This document shows positions 41,246 to 59,431 of a stretch of 64,000 nt of DNA, piece after piece. The stretch is from a virus. The notes beneath the pieces are model-generated. The model saw only the letters and a list, made by a program, of their open reading frames with translations, had not been told where the DNA came from and did no database searches. The stretch is taken from positions 27,561-91,560 of IMG/VR virus record IMGVR_UViG_3300023174_000110; one strand, written 5' to 3'. The number at the start of each line of letters is the position of its first letter. The first letter of the stretch is position 1. Made by a program: the position numbers and the translations under genes.

Positions 41246-41908
41246 TTATGATATCCATACACAAGGTGAGTGGGTTGTTGATGATATATATGAAATTGCA
41301 ACTACACCGGCAAAACCACCTTGGTTTATACTTGATCCTCCACGTCCAGCAACACCTGCTACTGGACTTTTAATTACTAAACCATTAGATATTGGTGGAA
41401 ATGGAACAGAACCATTGCCAGGATTTGGTGTTCCTGGCATATTTTGCGGCGGCTCTGGATAATCTTCATAAATTTGATATGGAGGACCACTAACAGTATT
41501 CGTCCAACGAGCAACTCCTGGTCCACCTCGACTAGCACTTATTATAGTATCGCCTGTGCTTCTATAAATGCCGGAGTTTCCTCCGTATTGACCAACAAAA
41601 TTAAAATTGTCAAAATAATTATATCTGTTACCTTGTATGATGACCGTTCTCAAAAATCCTTCACCAATACCTCCAGAACCACCACTGCCTACTGAAATAG
41701 TCAATTGGTCACCAGGTCTAAGCTGGTTGGTATTAAATACATAATTATAACCACCTGCATATCCAGGTCTGGTAATCCGAAAAGCCCCACCATTTACAAA
41801 CCAACTCGTGCAGCCTCCTCCACCACCATAAACTTCAATAATATTTTGATTCGTCCAATCGTTGGGGACCGTCCAGGTTCTACCTGTAGTAAAAAGTAGT
41901 TCTACCAT
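41246..41908 (-). CDS. Glycine-rich domain protein (fibre-tip type)
   Basis: FTT...WTVP...IEVYGGGGG...GG, ISVGSGG.GG, G..G.V.I.Y. Confidence 0.6.
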   Translation of the reverse strand: MVELLFTTGRTWTVPNDWTNQNIIEVYGGGGGCTSWFVNGGAFRITRPGYAGGYNYVFNTNQLRPGDQLTISVGSGGSGGIGEGFLRTVIIQGNRYNYFDNFNFVGQYGGNSGIYRSTGDTIISASRGGPGVARWTNTVSGPPYQIYEDYPEPPQNMPGTPNPGNGSVPFPPISNGLVIKSPVAGVAGRGGSSINQGGFAGVVAISYISSTTHSPCVWIS

Positions 41909-41912
41909 TATA

Positions 41913-42521
41913 TTAGGAAAAACCTAATGTTACCACTAAAACAGTATTTGATGTTTGTAAATTCAATGATTGAACAGAGATATACAAAGCATTTCCTGTG
42001 TTAGCTACATTATTAACTCCAATTTGAGCAGGTTGAAAAACACCTAAAGTTGAAACAGGGATATTTAATAAACCACCAACAAAATTTGATCCATTGAATG
42101 CGGTAACTGTTGCAGTTCCTAATCCATTAACAATTCTTGCTGATAAGTATTGTACTGTTAAATTTCTTGGAGAATAATTAGTAAAATAATATGTATTTGC
42201 AACCGCTATTCCAGTAATATTTAATGTGGCTGTGGTGTTTGCAAATGGTCCTGTTGAACCAATGGGTCCTGTAGCACCAGTAGAACCTATTGGTCCTTGA
42301 ATGCCTGTAGCACCAGTCGTACCTATAACACCCGTTGCACCGGTAGAACCCGTGGTACCTGTAAGACCAATTGGTCCTGTTGCGCCGGTTGTTCCTATCA
42401 CACCAGTAGCACCAGTAGAACCTACTAGGCCTTGAACACCTGTAGCACCAGTTGAACCAATTGGGCCTGTGGCACCTCGGCCTAATCCACTATTTGCAAG
42501 CTCACTTTGTTTTAATGGCAT
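41913..42521 (-). CDS. Short collagen-like protein with C-terminal beta domain
   Basis: About 25 consecutive Gly-X-Y triplets. Confidence 0.85.
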   Translation of the reverse strand: MPLKQSELANSGLGRGATGPIGSTGATGVQGLVGSTGATGVIGTTGATGPIGLTGTTGSTGATGVIGTTGATGIQGPIGSTGATGPIGSTGPFANTTATLNITGIAVANTYYFTNYSPRNLTVQYLSARIVNGLGTATVTAFNGSNFVGGLLNIPVSTLGVFQPAQIGVNNVANTGNALYISVQSLNLQTSNTVLVVTLGFS

Positions 42522-42526
42522 ATTCT

Positions 42527-51095
<8,569 letters not shown>

Positions 51096-51134
51096 GGTTC
51101 ACTATCCCCTTTGATTTAAAACATACTTCTATAA

Positions 51135-52295
51135 CTAACTATTTAGTTTAATGACTTGGGGCAAATCATGAGGATAATTTTTCTTTAACCAATTCAATTG
51201 AGGTCTTGCATCATTTCTTTCATACCAACCATTACCTGTATAAACATTTAACACAGATTGAAAATATTCCTCATACATTTTGCCAACTTTTTCTAATGTA
51301 AAGTTTTCTGCAAAAGCACGACAGTTCTTAGGATTAATATTGTGGATGTTTTTTGCAGCCCACAAAAATTGTTCAAAAGTTCTGCAACGATAACCAGTAA
51401 TTCCGTGAATGTTGTTTTCAGTAAATGATCCCCAATCAGTTGTGATTGTAGGAGTTCCAGAGAACAACATTTCTACTTGAACCCCACCAAAAGGTTCAAC
51501 ATACATTGATGGCACAAATGCCGCTTTTGCGCCAGACATTAATTTTCTTCTCATCTCAACATCAGCATAACCAATTTCTGTTACATGAGAAGGTATTTCT
51601 TTATAACCCATTTGAGTCAATGAATTTTGGCCAGCAATAATTAATTTTGCACCTATAGCTTCAGTTGCTTGAACCGCAACATTAACGCCTTTACCATCAT
51701 ACACACGACCCAAAAATAAAAAATAATCTTCTTTTTTTTCTTGGAATGTAAAATCATCAGGATCAAAATAGTTTGGAATTACAGCATCATACCAATCTTG
51801 TTTACAAGAACCAACAGCTGTCATTCCATAATAAGCATGATAGATTGCATATGATTCAAAAATTTTCCAACGAGCCCAATGACCACCAGCATATCCAATT
51901 CCTGGTTCAACACAAATTAAATCAGGATGTGCATCGCAGACAGGTCTTACACCAGAACCCCAAAAAGGAAGAATAAAATCGTGTTTTTGTTTTCTTAGAC
52001 CAACTTCACGAATGGCATTTTTATAAAATGTTTGATAAGCATGGTCATTAACATCAAACTTATAGAAGTTTTTACGCCAATCATAGTCACCGTAAGCAAT
52101 TTCTAAATCTTTATTGGTGGTTACTGTGACGTGTTCATCACAAACTAAATTTGAATCTTCATGGCCATAATGTATAATGGTGTGCCCTAAAGCTTTCATC
52201 ATTTTACCAAACTTGACTACTTTTTGTGTGTAAGCACAAGCGTTGTATTCTTTTGAAGAAACTGTATGTGGTAAACCTAAAATATGAAAACGCAT
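51135..52295 (-). CDS. Glycosyltransferase, GT4/GT-B (Glycos_transf_1-like)
   Basis: VIPN..D, LFLGR...KG, PS..EPFG...VE....GTP.I.TD.G.F.E (EX7E motif). Confidence 0.9.
   Translation of the reverse strand: MRFHILGLPHTVSSKEYNACAYTQKVVKFGKMMKALGHTIIHYGHEDSNLVCDEHVTVTTNKDLEIAYGDYDWRKNFYKFDVNDHAYQTFYKNAIREVGLRKQKHDFILPFWGSGVRPVCDAHPDLICVEPGIGYAGGHWARWKIFESYAIYHAYYGMTAVGSCKQDWYDAVIPNYFDPDDFTFQEKKEDYFLFLGRVYDGKGVNVAVQATEAIGAKLIIAGQNSLTQMGYKEIPSHVTEIGYADVEMRRKLMSGAKAAFVPSMYVEPFGGVQVEMLFSGTPTITTDWGSFTENNIHGITGYRCRTFEQFLWAAKNIHNINPKNCRAFAENFTLEKVGKMYEEYFQSVLNVYTGNGWYERNDARPQLNWLKKNYPHDLPQVIKLNS
51140..51146 (-). promoter_or_regulatory. Late promoter variant CTAAATA upstream of the collagen genes
   Basis: At the 3' end of the glycosyltransferase gene. 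Confidence 0.55.
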
Positions 52296-52317
52296 AATAA
52301 AATCACCTTTTTAAAAA

Positions 52318-53703
52318 TTATATTGTGATTAACCTTCTAATCATCTTAACTGTATTTATTGCTTGTGTGGGACGGAAATACAAATTAACTACGTTGTTTG
52401 AAACATCTGCATCAAATTGACCAAGAGTAACATCACTTATAAGTTCACCGTATTGTGTCATAAAAGCACAAATGCCATTATGCATTACTCTTAACTCAAT
52501 CACCTGATAAAAAGAACCTGAGGTTATCTGTATTTCATATTTGGCACTTCGATATGTGTAAATATCAAAATTGTCAACAGCAATTGGATTTGTTGTCGTT
52601 GTGTCAAATTGAATAATTGATACGCCACCGCCAGCAGCCTCTAAAGAAGTGGCTGAAGTAATACGGCCAAATCTATCTACTGTAAAAATGGGAACTCTGT
52701 TTGCTGAACCATATGTTCCTGGATTAACTCCCGTTTCTGTAAGTGTAAATGATCCTCCTGTTCCGCCAGTAGTGCCACCACCTGTGCCGCCAGTTATAAT
52801 AGTTGTGCCTGTGCCTGTTCCAGATGTTAGCGCTGAAGCATAAGGATTATTGTATAATACAGCTGACGTGTTTACTGTTACAGCTAAAGGCCTTGCCGTG
52901 GCCAAATCATTTTTTAATTTTGTTGTACCAACAATTTGTAATAAAGAGTTTTGAGTTGCACCTACACTAGAAAAAGTTAAGACGGTTTGATAATCACGTA
53001 TGATTGCCAAAGAATTCTGATAAAAATTAATGTCTGCATTTCTTCTAGATGTTAATAAAGATTGTAAAGAATTAACATTGGTTATAATTGAATTAATACT
53101 AGAGATGGAAATATTACTATATGTGTTTCCATCTACAAGATATAAAGAATTACCTAAAGTTATTGAACCACTAATTATTGTGTTACTTATTGAATTAACA
53201 TCATCTTGAATATAAAGACTGGTAAAATTTCCTAAAACGGGTACATTGTTTTGTGTTTGGTCGGCTTTGTTGGTTAAAGATAAAACCTGGCGACCAATTG
53301 ATAAAGCAGTATTTAAATCTGGATATAAAACAGTATTGGCTGAACGTTCAACACCTGATATATAATTTGTGTGTGTAACAAAATTTGAAACAGATGTTAA
53401 AGTGTTTATAACAGAAGTATATAATGTATTTGCTTGATCTGGCGCAACATTAAAAGTTACTGTACTGGTATTACAATTTGTTGCCATGCCATTTAAAACA
53501 ATTGTAATGTTATTCATTACAGAAGAATATGGATTTTGGTAATATCCTGTTGTTGTTGATGTTGCAATATCATCAACTTGCCATTGACTTAAATTAATTG
53601 AAGAATTGTTAAGAAAATTATTAGCCGCAGGAGCTAAATCGACATCATCACCAAATTTGGTGGTGTCAAAATTATAACCTAGTCTATTGTATATACTGCT
53701 CAT
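52318..53703 (-). CDS. Hypothetical virion protein with fibre-like C-terminal modules
   Basis: Helical N-terminal half; GTYGS...VP..TVD..GRIT and YRSAKY.IQI...H.G....QYG modules. Confidence 0.6.
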   Translation of the reverse strand: MSSIYNRLGYNFDTTKFGDDVDLAPAANNFLNNSSINLSQWQVDDIATSTTTGYYQNPYSSVMNNITIVLNGMATNCNTSTVTFNVAPDQANTLYTSVINTLTSVSNFVTHTNYISGVERSANTVLYPDLNTALSIGRQVLSLTNKADQTQNNVPVLGNFTSLYIQDDVNSISNTIISGSITLGNSLYLVDGNTYSNISISSINSIITNVNSLQSLLTSRRNADINFYQNSLAIIRDYQTVLTFSSVGATQNSLLQIVGTTKLKNDLATARPLAVTVNTSAVLYNNPYASALTSGTGTGTTIITGGTGGGTTGGTGGSFTLTETGVNPGTYGSANRVPIFTVDRFGRITSATSLEAAGGGVSIIQFDTTTTNPIAVDNFDIYTYRSAKYEIQITSGSFYQVIELRVMHNGICAFMTQYGELISDVTLGQFDADVSNNVVNLYFRPTQAINTVKMIRRLITI

Positions 53704-53704
53704 A

Positions 53705-54448
53705 TTATGATTCCATTGGTGCGTTCAAAGGTGGTGAAGTTGGGAATCCACGATTTCCAATGTGGGTGTGCATGTTAACTTTTATTCTAAACATTTCTAC
53801 AGATCCAAACATATCTGAAACCATTGGTGCAAACATTGAAATACCTGCATCAATTGTTGTGCCAGCGAGCATATAGCCCAATGTTTCAACAGATTTATTA
53901 CCAGATACAGAGAGACCTGCTGTAATGTTTCCGTCTGCTTGTACAGATTGTGATGTGCCTATGTCACCACGAACATATAAATCAGCGTTGACATTAACAG
54001 TTGATGCACCTAATGTAATATCACCAGAAGAATTTATTTCTACATCACCATCAACGGATTGTATTGCATCTCCAGAAACAGCTTGATTTACATTACCTTT
54101 AACATTTTGATATACAGAGCCTTCAACTTGTGTATATGCATCACCTTTTATATGTAGAGATGAATCGCCTTCAATTGTTATGTTACAGATACCTTTAATT
54201 AATACATTTTTATCTGATGCAATAATTTCATAACCTTTACCAACAATTCTATGAACTTCATCACCATTGGGGTGCATCTCAATAAAAGAACCTGAACGGT
54301 GTTGTATACGAACACGTTCACGAGTTGGTGTATCATCCATTTCAAATGAATGACCTGATTCTGTTTGTTGTATATTGTTATAAGAATATATTGGTTGGTA
54401 ATCAGTATTAGCTGCTGATTCTGGTTCCGTCCATGACATATCGGCCAT
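53705..54448 (-). CDS. gp5: Baseplate central spike, gp5 C-terminal (beta-helix) half
   Basis: Y.YN....TESGH.FE.DDTP..ER....H.SG...E..P.G, V.G...Q.V.G repeats, terminal HTH. Confidence 0.85.
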   Translation of the reverse strand: MADMSWTEPESAANTDYQPIYSYNNIQQTESGHSFEMDDTPTRERVRIQHRSGSFIEMHPNGDEVHRIVGKGYEIIASDKNVLIKGICNITIEGDSSLHIKGDAYTQVEGSVYQNVKGNVNQAVSGDAIQSVDGDVEINSSGDITLGASTVNVNADLYVRGDIGTSQSVQADGNITAGLSVSGNKSVETLGYMLAGTTIDAGISMFAPMVSDMFGSVEMFRIKVNMHTHIGNRGFPTSPPLNAPMES

Positions 54449-55383
54449 TATGGTTTCCCGGCTGTATTTTGAATTGGCACAATAGTTTCCTTATCTGTCA
54501 AAGCTTTTTCTGCTGCAACGGCTGATGAATTTGCCAAAGAAACATTGCCTTCTGAAATATTTTTTTGAATTTCTTGGCCAACTGCAATTGCACCAGAAAT
54601 GCCACTAACTGCTTCTTTCAAGCATTGTTGTAAAAATTTAGCTATTCTGGTCGGTAAAGTGGCAATGTAATTGACTAATTTTTGTAATTGATCTATTAAA
54701 TCTTTTGCCGCTTTAATATTATCTTGCACTTTTTTGATAAATTTTTGTACAACTTTAATTTGTGATTTAATGGTTTTTACAGCACTTCTTATTTCGTCAG
54801 CAAATGGACTCGATGATGCACTGGCCCAAAGTGCTTTAAGTTCTGTACGAATTACTTCTACCAATTCACTAACCTTAAATGACATTTTAGCAATTTCAAA
54901 TTTCATACTTGCTGATATATCACACACATGAGCCAAGTTTGCATTTGATTGTGAAATAGCTGTTTTATCAACAACACCTCTTGATAATGGCGAAAGTGTT
55001 GGTTTACCAGCTTCATATTGAATTTGTCCTGCTGGCGGAGTTGCAGGTTTTAAATTACTTTGAGGTGAAAATCCTTTGTTTTTATCTGGAGTCGCTTCAA
55101 GACCAGGAAAAACACCCATCATTACTGGCGCTTGTGAAGAAGCTCCATCAGAAAAGAACCCCATCACATAATCACCCAATCTAGGTGCACTAAATGATTT
55201 TGAATTGTTTACTGGATTTACTGCGGCCGCCCAAGGTAAATCTTTTGTTGGTAATTCTACCAAATTATCTGTGTGGTGTCCAAAGATACGAACTTTTGCA
55301 CGACCTAATTTAGCTGGATCGTTAACATCTTCCACCACACCGTACCACCAATTAAATCCATCTTTACCTATAAAATTATTCAT
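54448..55383 (-). CDS. gp5: Baseplate hub, gp5 N-terminal OB-fold half with helical extension
   Basis: WWYGVVED..DP..LGR.KVRI.G.H, LPWA, G..V.GFF.DG...Q.P..MG. Confidence 0.88.
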   Translation of the reverse strand: MNNFIGKDGFNWWYGVVEDVNDPAKLGRAKVRIFGHHTDNLVELPTKDLPWAAAVNPVNNSKSFSAPRLGDYVMGFFSDGASSQAPVMMGVFPGLEATPDKNKGFSPQSNLKPATPPAGQIQYEAGKPTLSPLSRGVVDKTAISQSNANLAHVCDISASMKFEIAKMSFKVSELVEVIRTELKALWASASSSPFADEIRSAVKTIKSQIKVVQKFIKKVQDNIKAAKDLIDQLQKLVNYIATLPTRIAKFLQQCLKEAVSGISGAIAVGQEIQKNISEGNVSLANSSAVAAEKALTDKETIVPIQNTAGKP

Positions 55384-56756
55384 TCTGCCACCGCTTCTTT
55401 AAATGCTGTTTCATTTATTTCTTGATAATTATTTGGCACACTATCTTTACTAATTTCAACAACAGTTTGATATTTGTTTGGTTGTATAATGTGACGAACT
55501 GCAGTAACCAAATATTTACCTGAATAAAATTTGTCTAATTGTTTTTCATTTGTTTCTGGTTTTAATGACATCAAATTAAATTCAATTGTCCTACCTACTG
55601 TTAGACCGGGGTCACCAGGTATGGTTATTTTTACCACAGTATAATTAGCCAAAGCAATTTGTGCTGTTCTGTTTGGTATATAAGTTTCTATTGCAACATT
55701 TTTTGCTATAGAACCAGGTATCTCTTTAAAATAAGCCGCATCGTTTTGGCCAGCATTTGACAAAGCCACTTTTAACGTTGCATCATATGTTTCATACTGT
55801 GTTAATCCTAATCTATTCTTTAATGAATTACTGACTTCACCATCATTTAATGTAACGGCTTGATTTTTATATTTTAAGTAATCAAAATCAGTTACTTTAT
55901 AAGTCCTTGTAAGTGGATCAATTGATATTAATCTATTGGCAAATGTACCTGAACTTATCTCATTTACCGAATCGTAGGCTTTAACAAATTCATAATCTAA
56001 AACACTTATTGTTTTTTCTTTAAATGACTGTTTTTCCATATCAATGTTTTGTGCCTGATATTTATAGGTAGCATAAGGTTCTTCTTTAAACATTGATTGT
56101 AATGATCTATAATTAAATCCATCTTTTGTTTCAAAGAATAACATATCAGCACCAACAGAACCATTATTCGCTGGTCTAGCATAAGTTGACAACCAACTAA
56201 TTGCTTCAAATGGTTTTAGACGTGGTATAACAAAATCATACAAACCTGTTGTTGACTCAATGTTGTTGATTTTATTTTTAGGCACTTTTAGTTTGTCAAC
56301 CAATATACTTTCAACCATTTCAGATATTTTTTGGCCAGCATATGATTTACTAATTTTGATTTGTTCGGATAATAACAATTCTTCAGAGCAAAAATATAAG
56401 GTGTATGTTTCAGTATTTAAATTACCTGCAGGTTTCTTGTCACCTACTTTGTATACACGAAATAATTGATCATTGTTGTTTGATCCATTTTTTACTTTAC
56501 CAAAATTAATTTCAATAAATTCATTACCAGTTAATTGAAAGAGTTCAACAAATCCTTGTGAATCGGTTATTGTAATATAACCCGATGCCGTAAAACTATA
56601 GAGGTCCTCATAATAAGACATATCAATCAATAAACGCTTTAATTCAAATCGTTGACCACTCGCTGTTAGAAAATTTAAAGTTTCTAAGGAATAATCTTGT
56701 GCATAATACGCACCAGGAGATTCTACATTTAAAGACGATTGATCAAACTCTGCCAT
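55380..56756 (-). CDS. Baseplate hub protein (gp27-like)
   Basis: FFET..GF.YRS, I.GDP.LTVG, SGKYLVTAVRH; position between gp53 and gp5. Confidence 0.6.
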   Translation of the reverse strand: MAEFDQSSLNVESPGAYYAQDYSLETLNFLTASGQRFELKRLLIDMSYYEDLYSFTASGYITITDSQGFVELFQLTGNEFIEINFGKVKNGSNNNDQLFRVYKVGDKKPAGNLNTETYTLYFCSEELLLSEQIKISKSYAGQKISEMVESILVDKLKVPKNKINNIESTTGLYDFVIPRLKPFEAISWLSTYARPANNGSVGADMLFFETKDGFNYRSLQSMFKEEPYATYKYQAQNIDMEKQSFKEKTISVLDYEFVKAYDSVNEISSGTFANRLISIDPLTRTYKVTDFDYLKYKNQAVTLNDGEVSNSLKNRLGLTQYETYDATLKVALSNAGQNDAAYFKEIPGSIAKNVAIETYIPNRTAQIALANYTVVKITIPGDPGLTVGRTIEFNLMSLKPETNEKQLDKFYSGKYLVTAVRHIIQPNKYQTVVEISKDSVPNNYQEINETAFKEAVAE

Positions 56757-56760
56757 ATTA

Positions 56761-57354
56761 TTAAGCCATTAATTTTTTAAACTGTTTTTCAAATTCACCA
56801 ACGTATGTTGAATTTAATAATTTTATATTTCTATACGATTCGTTTAATTCTATTTCATAATCATAATAATAAACAATATTACGACTGGTTGTTACAGTAA
56901 AAGGTCCGGTTGACATACTACGTTCAAATGTTCCAGTTTGTAAATTAATGTAAGATTGTTGATCAATGATATATCTGTCTGTTGTAGTAGTATTTGTTTT
57001 TGAATCATACTTTGTAATTATTTTTTCGTAATGGTGAACAGTTGATTTAGGATTAAAAGTATATTTGTCAGAGATATACGATTCTAAAACACTAGATTGT
57101 AAAGGCCAATGCCATTGTGGATCCATTATTTGATTAACATACAAAACTATCCAATAACGATAAGAATCACCATAATACTTATAAGCAATGATTTCTGGAG
57201 TATCACCTTCTTGTATATCATATGAATAATACACTAATGGATTTTTAAGTATTTCTGGAATAACACTACATCTTGCCATTAAATTGACCATTAAAGATGA
57301 CTGGCCACTCGGATCAGTTTTAATAATTTTAGGCAACGTATCGAAGTATTGCAT
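56761..57354 (-). CDS. gp53: Baseplate wedge subunit
   Basis: YF..LP, Y.I.EGDTPE.IA.KYYG....WIVL..N...DP...WP. Confidence 0.9.
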   Translation of the reverse strand: MQYFDTLPKIIKTDPSGQSSLMVNLMARCSVIPEILKNPLVYYSYDIQEGDTPEIIAYKYYGDSYRYWIVLYVNQIMDPQWHWPLQSSVLESYISDKYTFNPKSTVHHYEKIITKYDSKTNTTTTDRYIIDQQSYINLQTGTFERSMSTGPFTVTTSRNIVYYYDYEIELNESYRNIKLLNSTYVGEFEKQFKKLMA

Positions 57355-58349
57355 TAGTAACCTTCTTTTTCTATTTTTTCTCTTGTGATGAGTTCAATTT
57401 CTTTAAAATTCATAGTCAATGTTGTTTGAACTGGTGCGCCATCACCAAAAGTTGAAAATCCATTTGGAGAATAATTGACATCAATACTTTCAATTACACT
57501 TTCTGCAACTCGTCCAACATTTTGATTTCTTCTACCATTAAATAGGAAATCTAAATTAAATGTTGAAGGTGGTACAAAAAACATACCTGCTGTGCCTTCT
57601 GCTAATCTTGGTGCCGCATGTGTTTTAAACATTTTAACAATCTTTGCAACTGTTTCTGCTTCTTTTTTAGAATATGGTGTAAACGTAAATGCCATTTGAT
57701 ATGTTCTAAACTCGATACCATCAAATAATAATTGTTGTTGTGGGTTAAAAGCAAATCCTGCACCTTTAGCTAATAATCTTGCTGGGCCACTATTAGCAAT
57801 AGAAGCAATTGCACCAACTGCTTTTCCTATACCAGGAACTTGAGCAGCTGCATCAACTAAACTTAATTGACCATATGAAGCATTGTATGTAAAAGCCATT
57901 GTATCTGGTATATACAATGATATTGTGGCTACGGATCTTTTTGTTGGATTTTTAATATTGATACTGTCATTACCTAAAAAATCTTTTAGTCCTTTAACCG
58001 ACTTATCTAATTCACCTTCAAGTGATATTTTTCCTTTTCTTATATCATCAATGTAAGATGTGGCAGCGTTCCATCCAGATTCTAAAGAACTGCCGGCATT
58101 ATTAATGGCACCAACTATTTTGTCTTTGCCCTTAATAATACTACTTTTTACACTTTCATAGGTCGCTGGTTCTATTTCATTAATGTTGATTACAACGACA
58201 TGGCCTCTTGTTGACGTTTGTAAATCTCTAGGATATTGTAAATCGGTTCGGCCAAACTTATTCCCAAATAAAGCACCCAAAGGACCTTCAACTACAGCAC
58301 CAGGTATGGAAACGCCACCTATGGAATTTGGTATGGTAATGATAGCCAT
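57354..58349 (-). CDS. gp48: Baseplate tail-tube cap
   Basis: L.YP.DL, I.LY.P, NP....LF.G..FR.Y...F.F.P....EA..V..I...FK. Confidence 0.85.
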   Translation of the reverse strand: MAIITIPNSIGGVSIPGAVVEGPLGALFGNKFGRTDLQYPRDLQTSTRGHVVVININEIEPATYESVKSSIIKGKDKIVGAINNAGSSLESGWNAATSYIDDIRKGKISLEGELDKSVKGLKDFLGNDSINIKNPTKRSVATISLYIPDTMAFTYNASYGQLSLVDAAAQVPGIGKAVGAIASIANSGPARLLAKGAGFAFNPQQQLLFDGIEFRTYQMAFTFTPYSKKEAETVAKIVKMFKTHAAPRLAEGTAGMFFVPPSTFNLDFLFNGRRNQNVGRVAESVIESIDVNYSPNGFSTFGDGAPVQTTLTMNFKEIELITREKIEKEGY

Positions 58350-58379
58350 TGAATCCTCTATAAAAAAAGTTATACATAG

Positions 58380-58387
58380 TATTTATA
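58380..58387 (-). promoter_or_regulatory. T4-type late promoter TATAAATA for the gp48 operon
   Basis: Exact consensus in the divergent gap. Confidence 0.8.
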
Positions 58388-58821
58388 TGGCTTATAATGG
58401 ACGTTTTACACCCTCTAATCCTCAAAAATACGTTGGGGACACTAATAATATCATTTATCGCTCTTCTTGGGAGTGTAAAATGATGAACTGGCTCGACAAA
58501 AATCCAGAGATTATATCATGGGCTTCTGAAGAATTGATTATTCCATACAAATCTCCAAAAGATGGCCTCTGGCATCGATACTTTCCAGATTTCATTGTAA
58601 AAGTCAAAACTAGAAGTGGAACTGTGAAAACTATGATGTTGGAAGTCAAACCAAAAAAACAAACTATTAGTCCTGAACCTAAAAAACGTATTACAAAACA
58701 ATATATAAACGAGGTTGTCACATACGGAATTAATCAAGCTAAATGGAAAGCAGCAACGGAATATTGTTTAGACCGTGGCTGGGAGTTTAAAATTATAACA
58801 GAAGAACATCTAGGAATATAG
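58387..58821 (+). CDS. gp4: Head completion nuclease (TnsA-like fold)
   Basis: Probable start MAYNGRF; NP.KY.GD, YRSSWE, W.SEE, RYFPDF, EVKP, N.AKW.AA. Confidence 0.93.
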   Translation: MAYNGRFTPSNPQKYVGDTNNIIYRSSWECKMMNWLDKNPEIISWASEELIIPYKSPKDGLWHRYFPDFIVKVKTRSGTVKTMMLEVKPKKQTISPEPKKRITKQYINEVVTYGINQAKWKAATEYCLDRGWEFKIITEEHLGI

Positions 58822-58822
58822 A

Positions 58823-58829
58823 CTAAATA
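58823..58829 (+). promoter_or_regulatory. Late promoter variant CTAAATA upstream of gp2
   Basis: TAAATA core 5 nt before ATG. Confidence 0.65.
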
Positions 58830-58834
58830 ATACA

Positions 58835-59431
58835 ATGGGATCTAAACTTACACAACTTGCCAAAGAAAGAACAACTGCTCAATTACAATTAATGAGCCGT
58901 GATTCTCTTAAATGGTTAACTGCAAAAATTGCTGATTTAAGAAATCCTTCTGGAATAGCTTCAACCATAAACAACGAAGCTTTTAGAAAAACCAATCGTT
59001 TTGTAACTGGCGGATTGTATTATTTTTATTACGATCCAAAAACAAAAAAAGAAATCCCATATTATGACAGGTTTCCTTTAGTATTAGTACTAGAAAGACA
59101 CAAAGATAGTTTTCTTGGATTAAACTTACATTATCTACCAGTAAAATACCGGATTGCACTTTTGGATAAATTGATGGATCACGCCATCCTTGACGGCAAT
59201 AATGATATTATGCGTATGAGAGTCAGCTACGACATTTTAAACGCATCCAAGCGTTATAGAGAGTTTCGGCCGTGCTTAAAAAAGTATCTTCATGGTCACA
59301 TTCAATCAAAAATACTTGCCGTACAGCCAAATGAATGGGATATTGCGGCATACTTGCCAATCCAGCAATTTAAAAAGGCCACAGTAAATGAGGTATGGCA
59401 AGATTCATTAAACGAAATAAGGAAAAGTTAA
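58835..59431 (+). CDS. gp2: DNA end protector protein
   Basis: YDPKTK...PYYD.FPLV, GLNLHYLP, PC.K.YL. Confidence 0.93.
   Translation: MGSKLTQLAKERTTAQLQLMSRDSLKWLTAKIADLRNPSGIASTINNEAFRKTNRFVTGGLYYFYYDPKTKKEIPYYDRFPLVLVLERHKDSFLGLNLHYLPVKYRIALLDKLMDHAILDGNNDIMRMRVSYDILNASKRYREFRPCLKKYLHGHIQSKILAVQPNEWDIAAYLPIQQFKKATVNEVWQDSLNEIRKS

Noticed and set aside
51135-52295. T4-type DNA alpha/beta-glucosyltransferase
   Set aside because: Generic GT4 motifs and late structural context; disfavoured but not excluded.
54440-54455. gp5 split as sequencing error or pseudogene
   Set aside because: Clean TAATG coupling like other junctions here (890, 2294, 57354); both halves look intact.
58183-58821. TnsA transposase, or the 212-aa long form of this ORF
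   Set aside because: Motifs and synteny identify gp4; the extension overlaps gp48 antisense, so the start is 58387.
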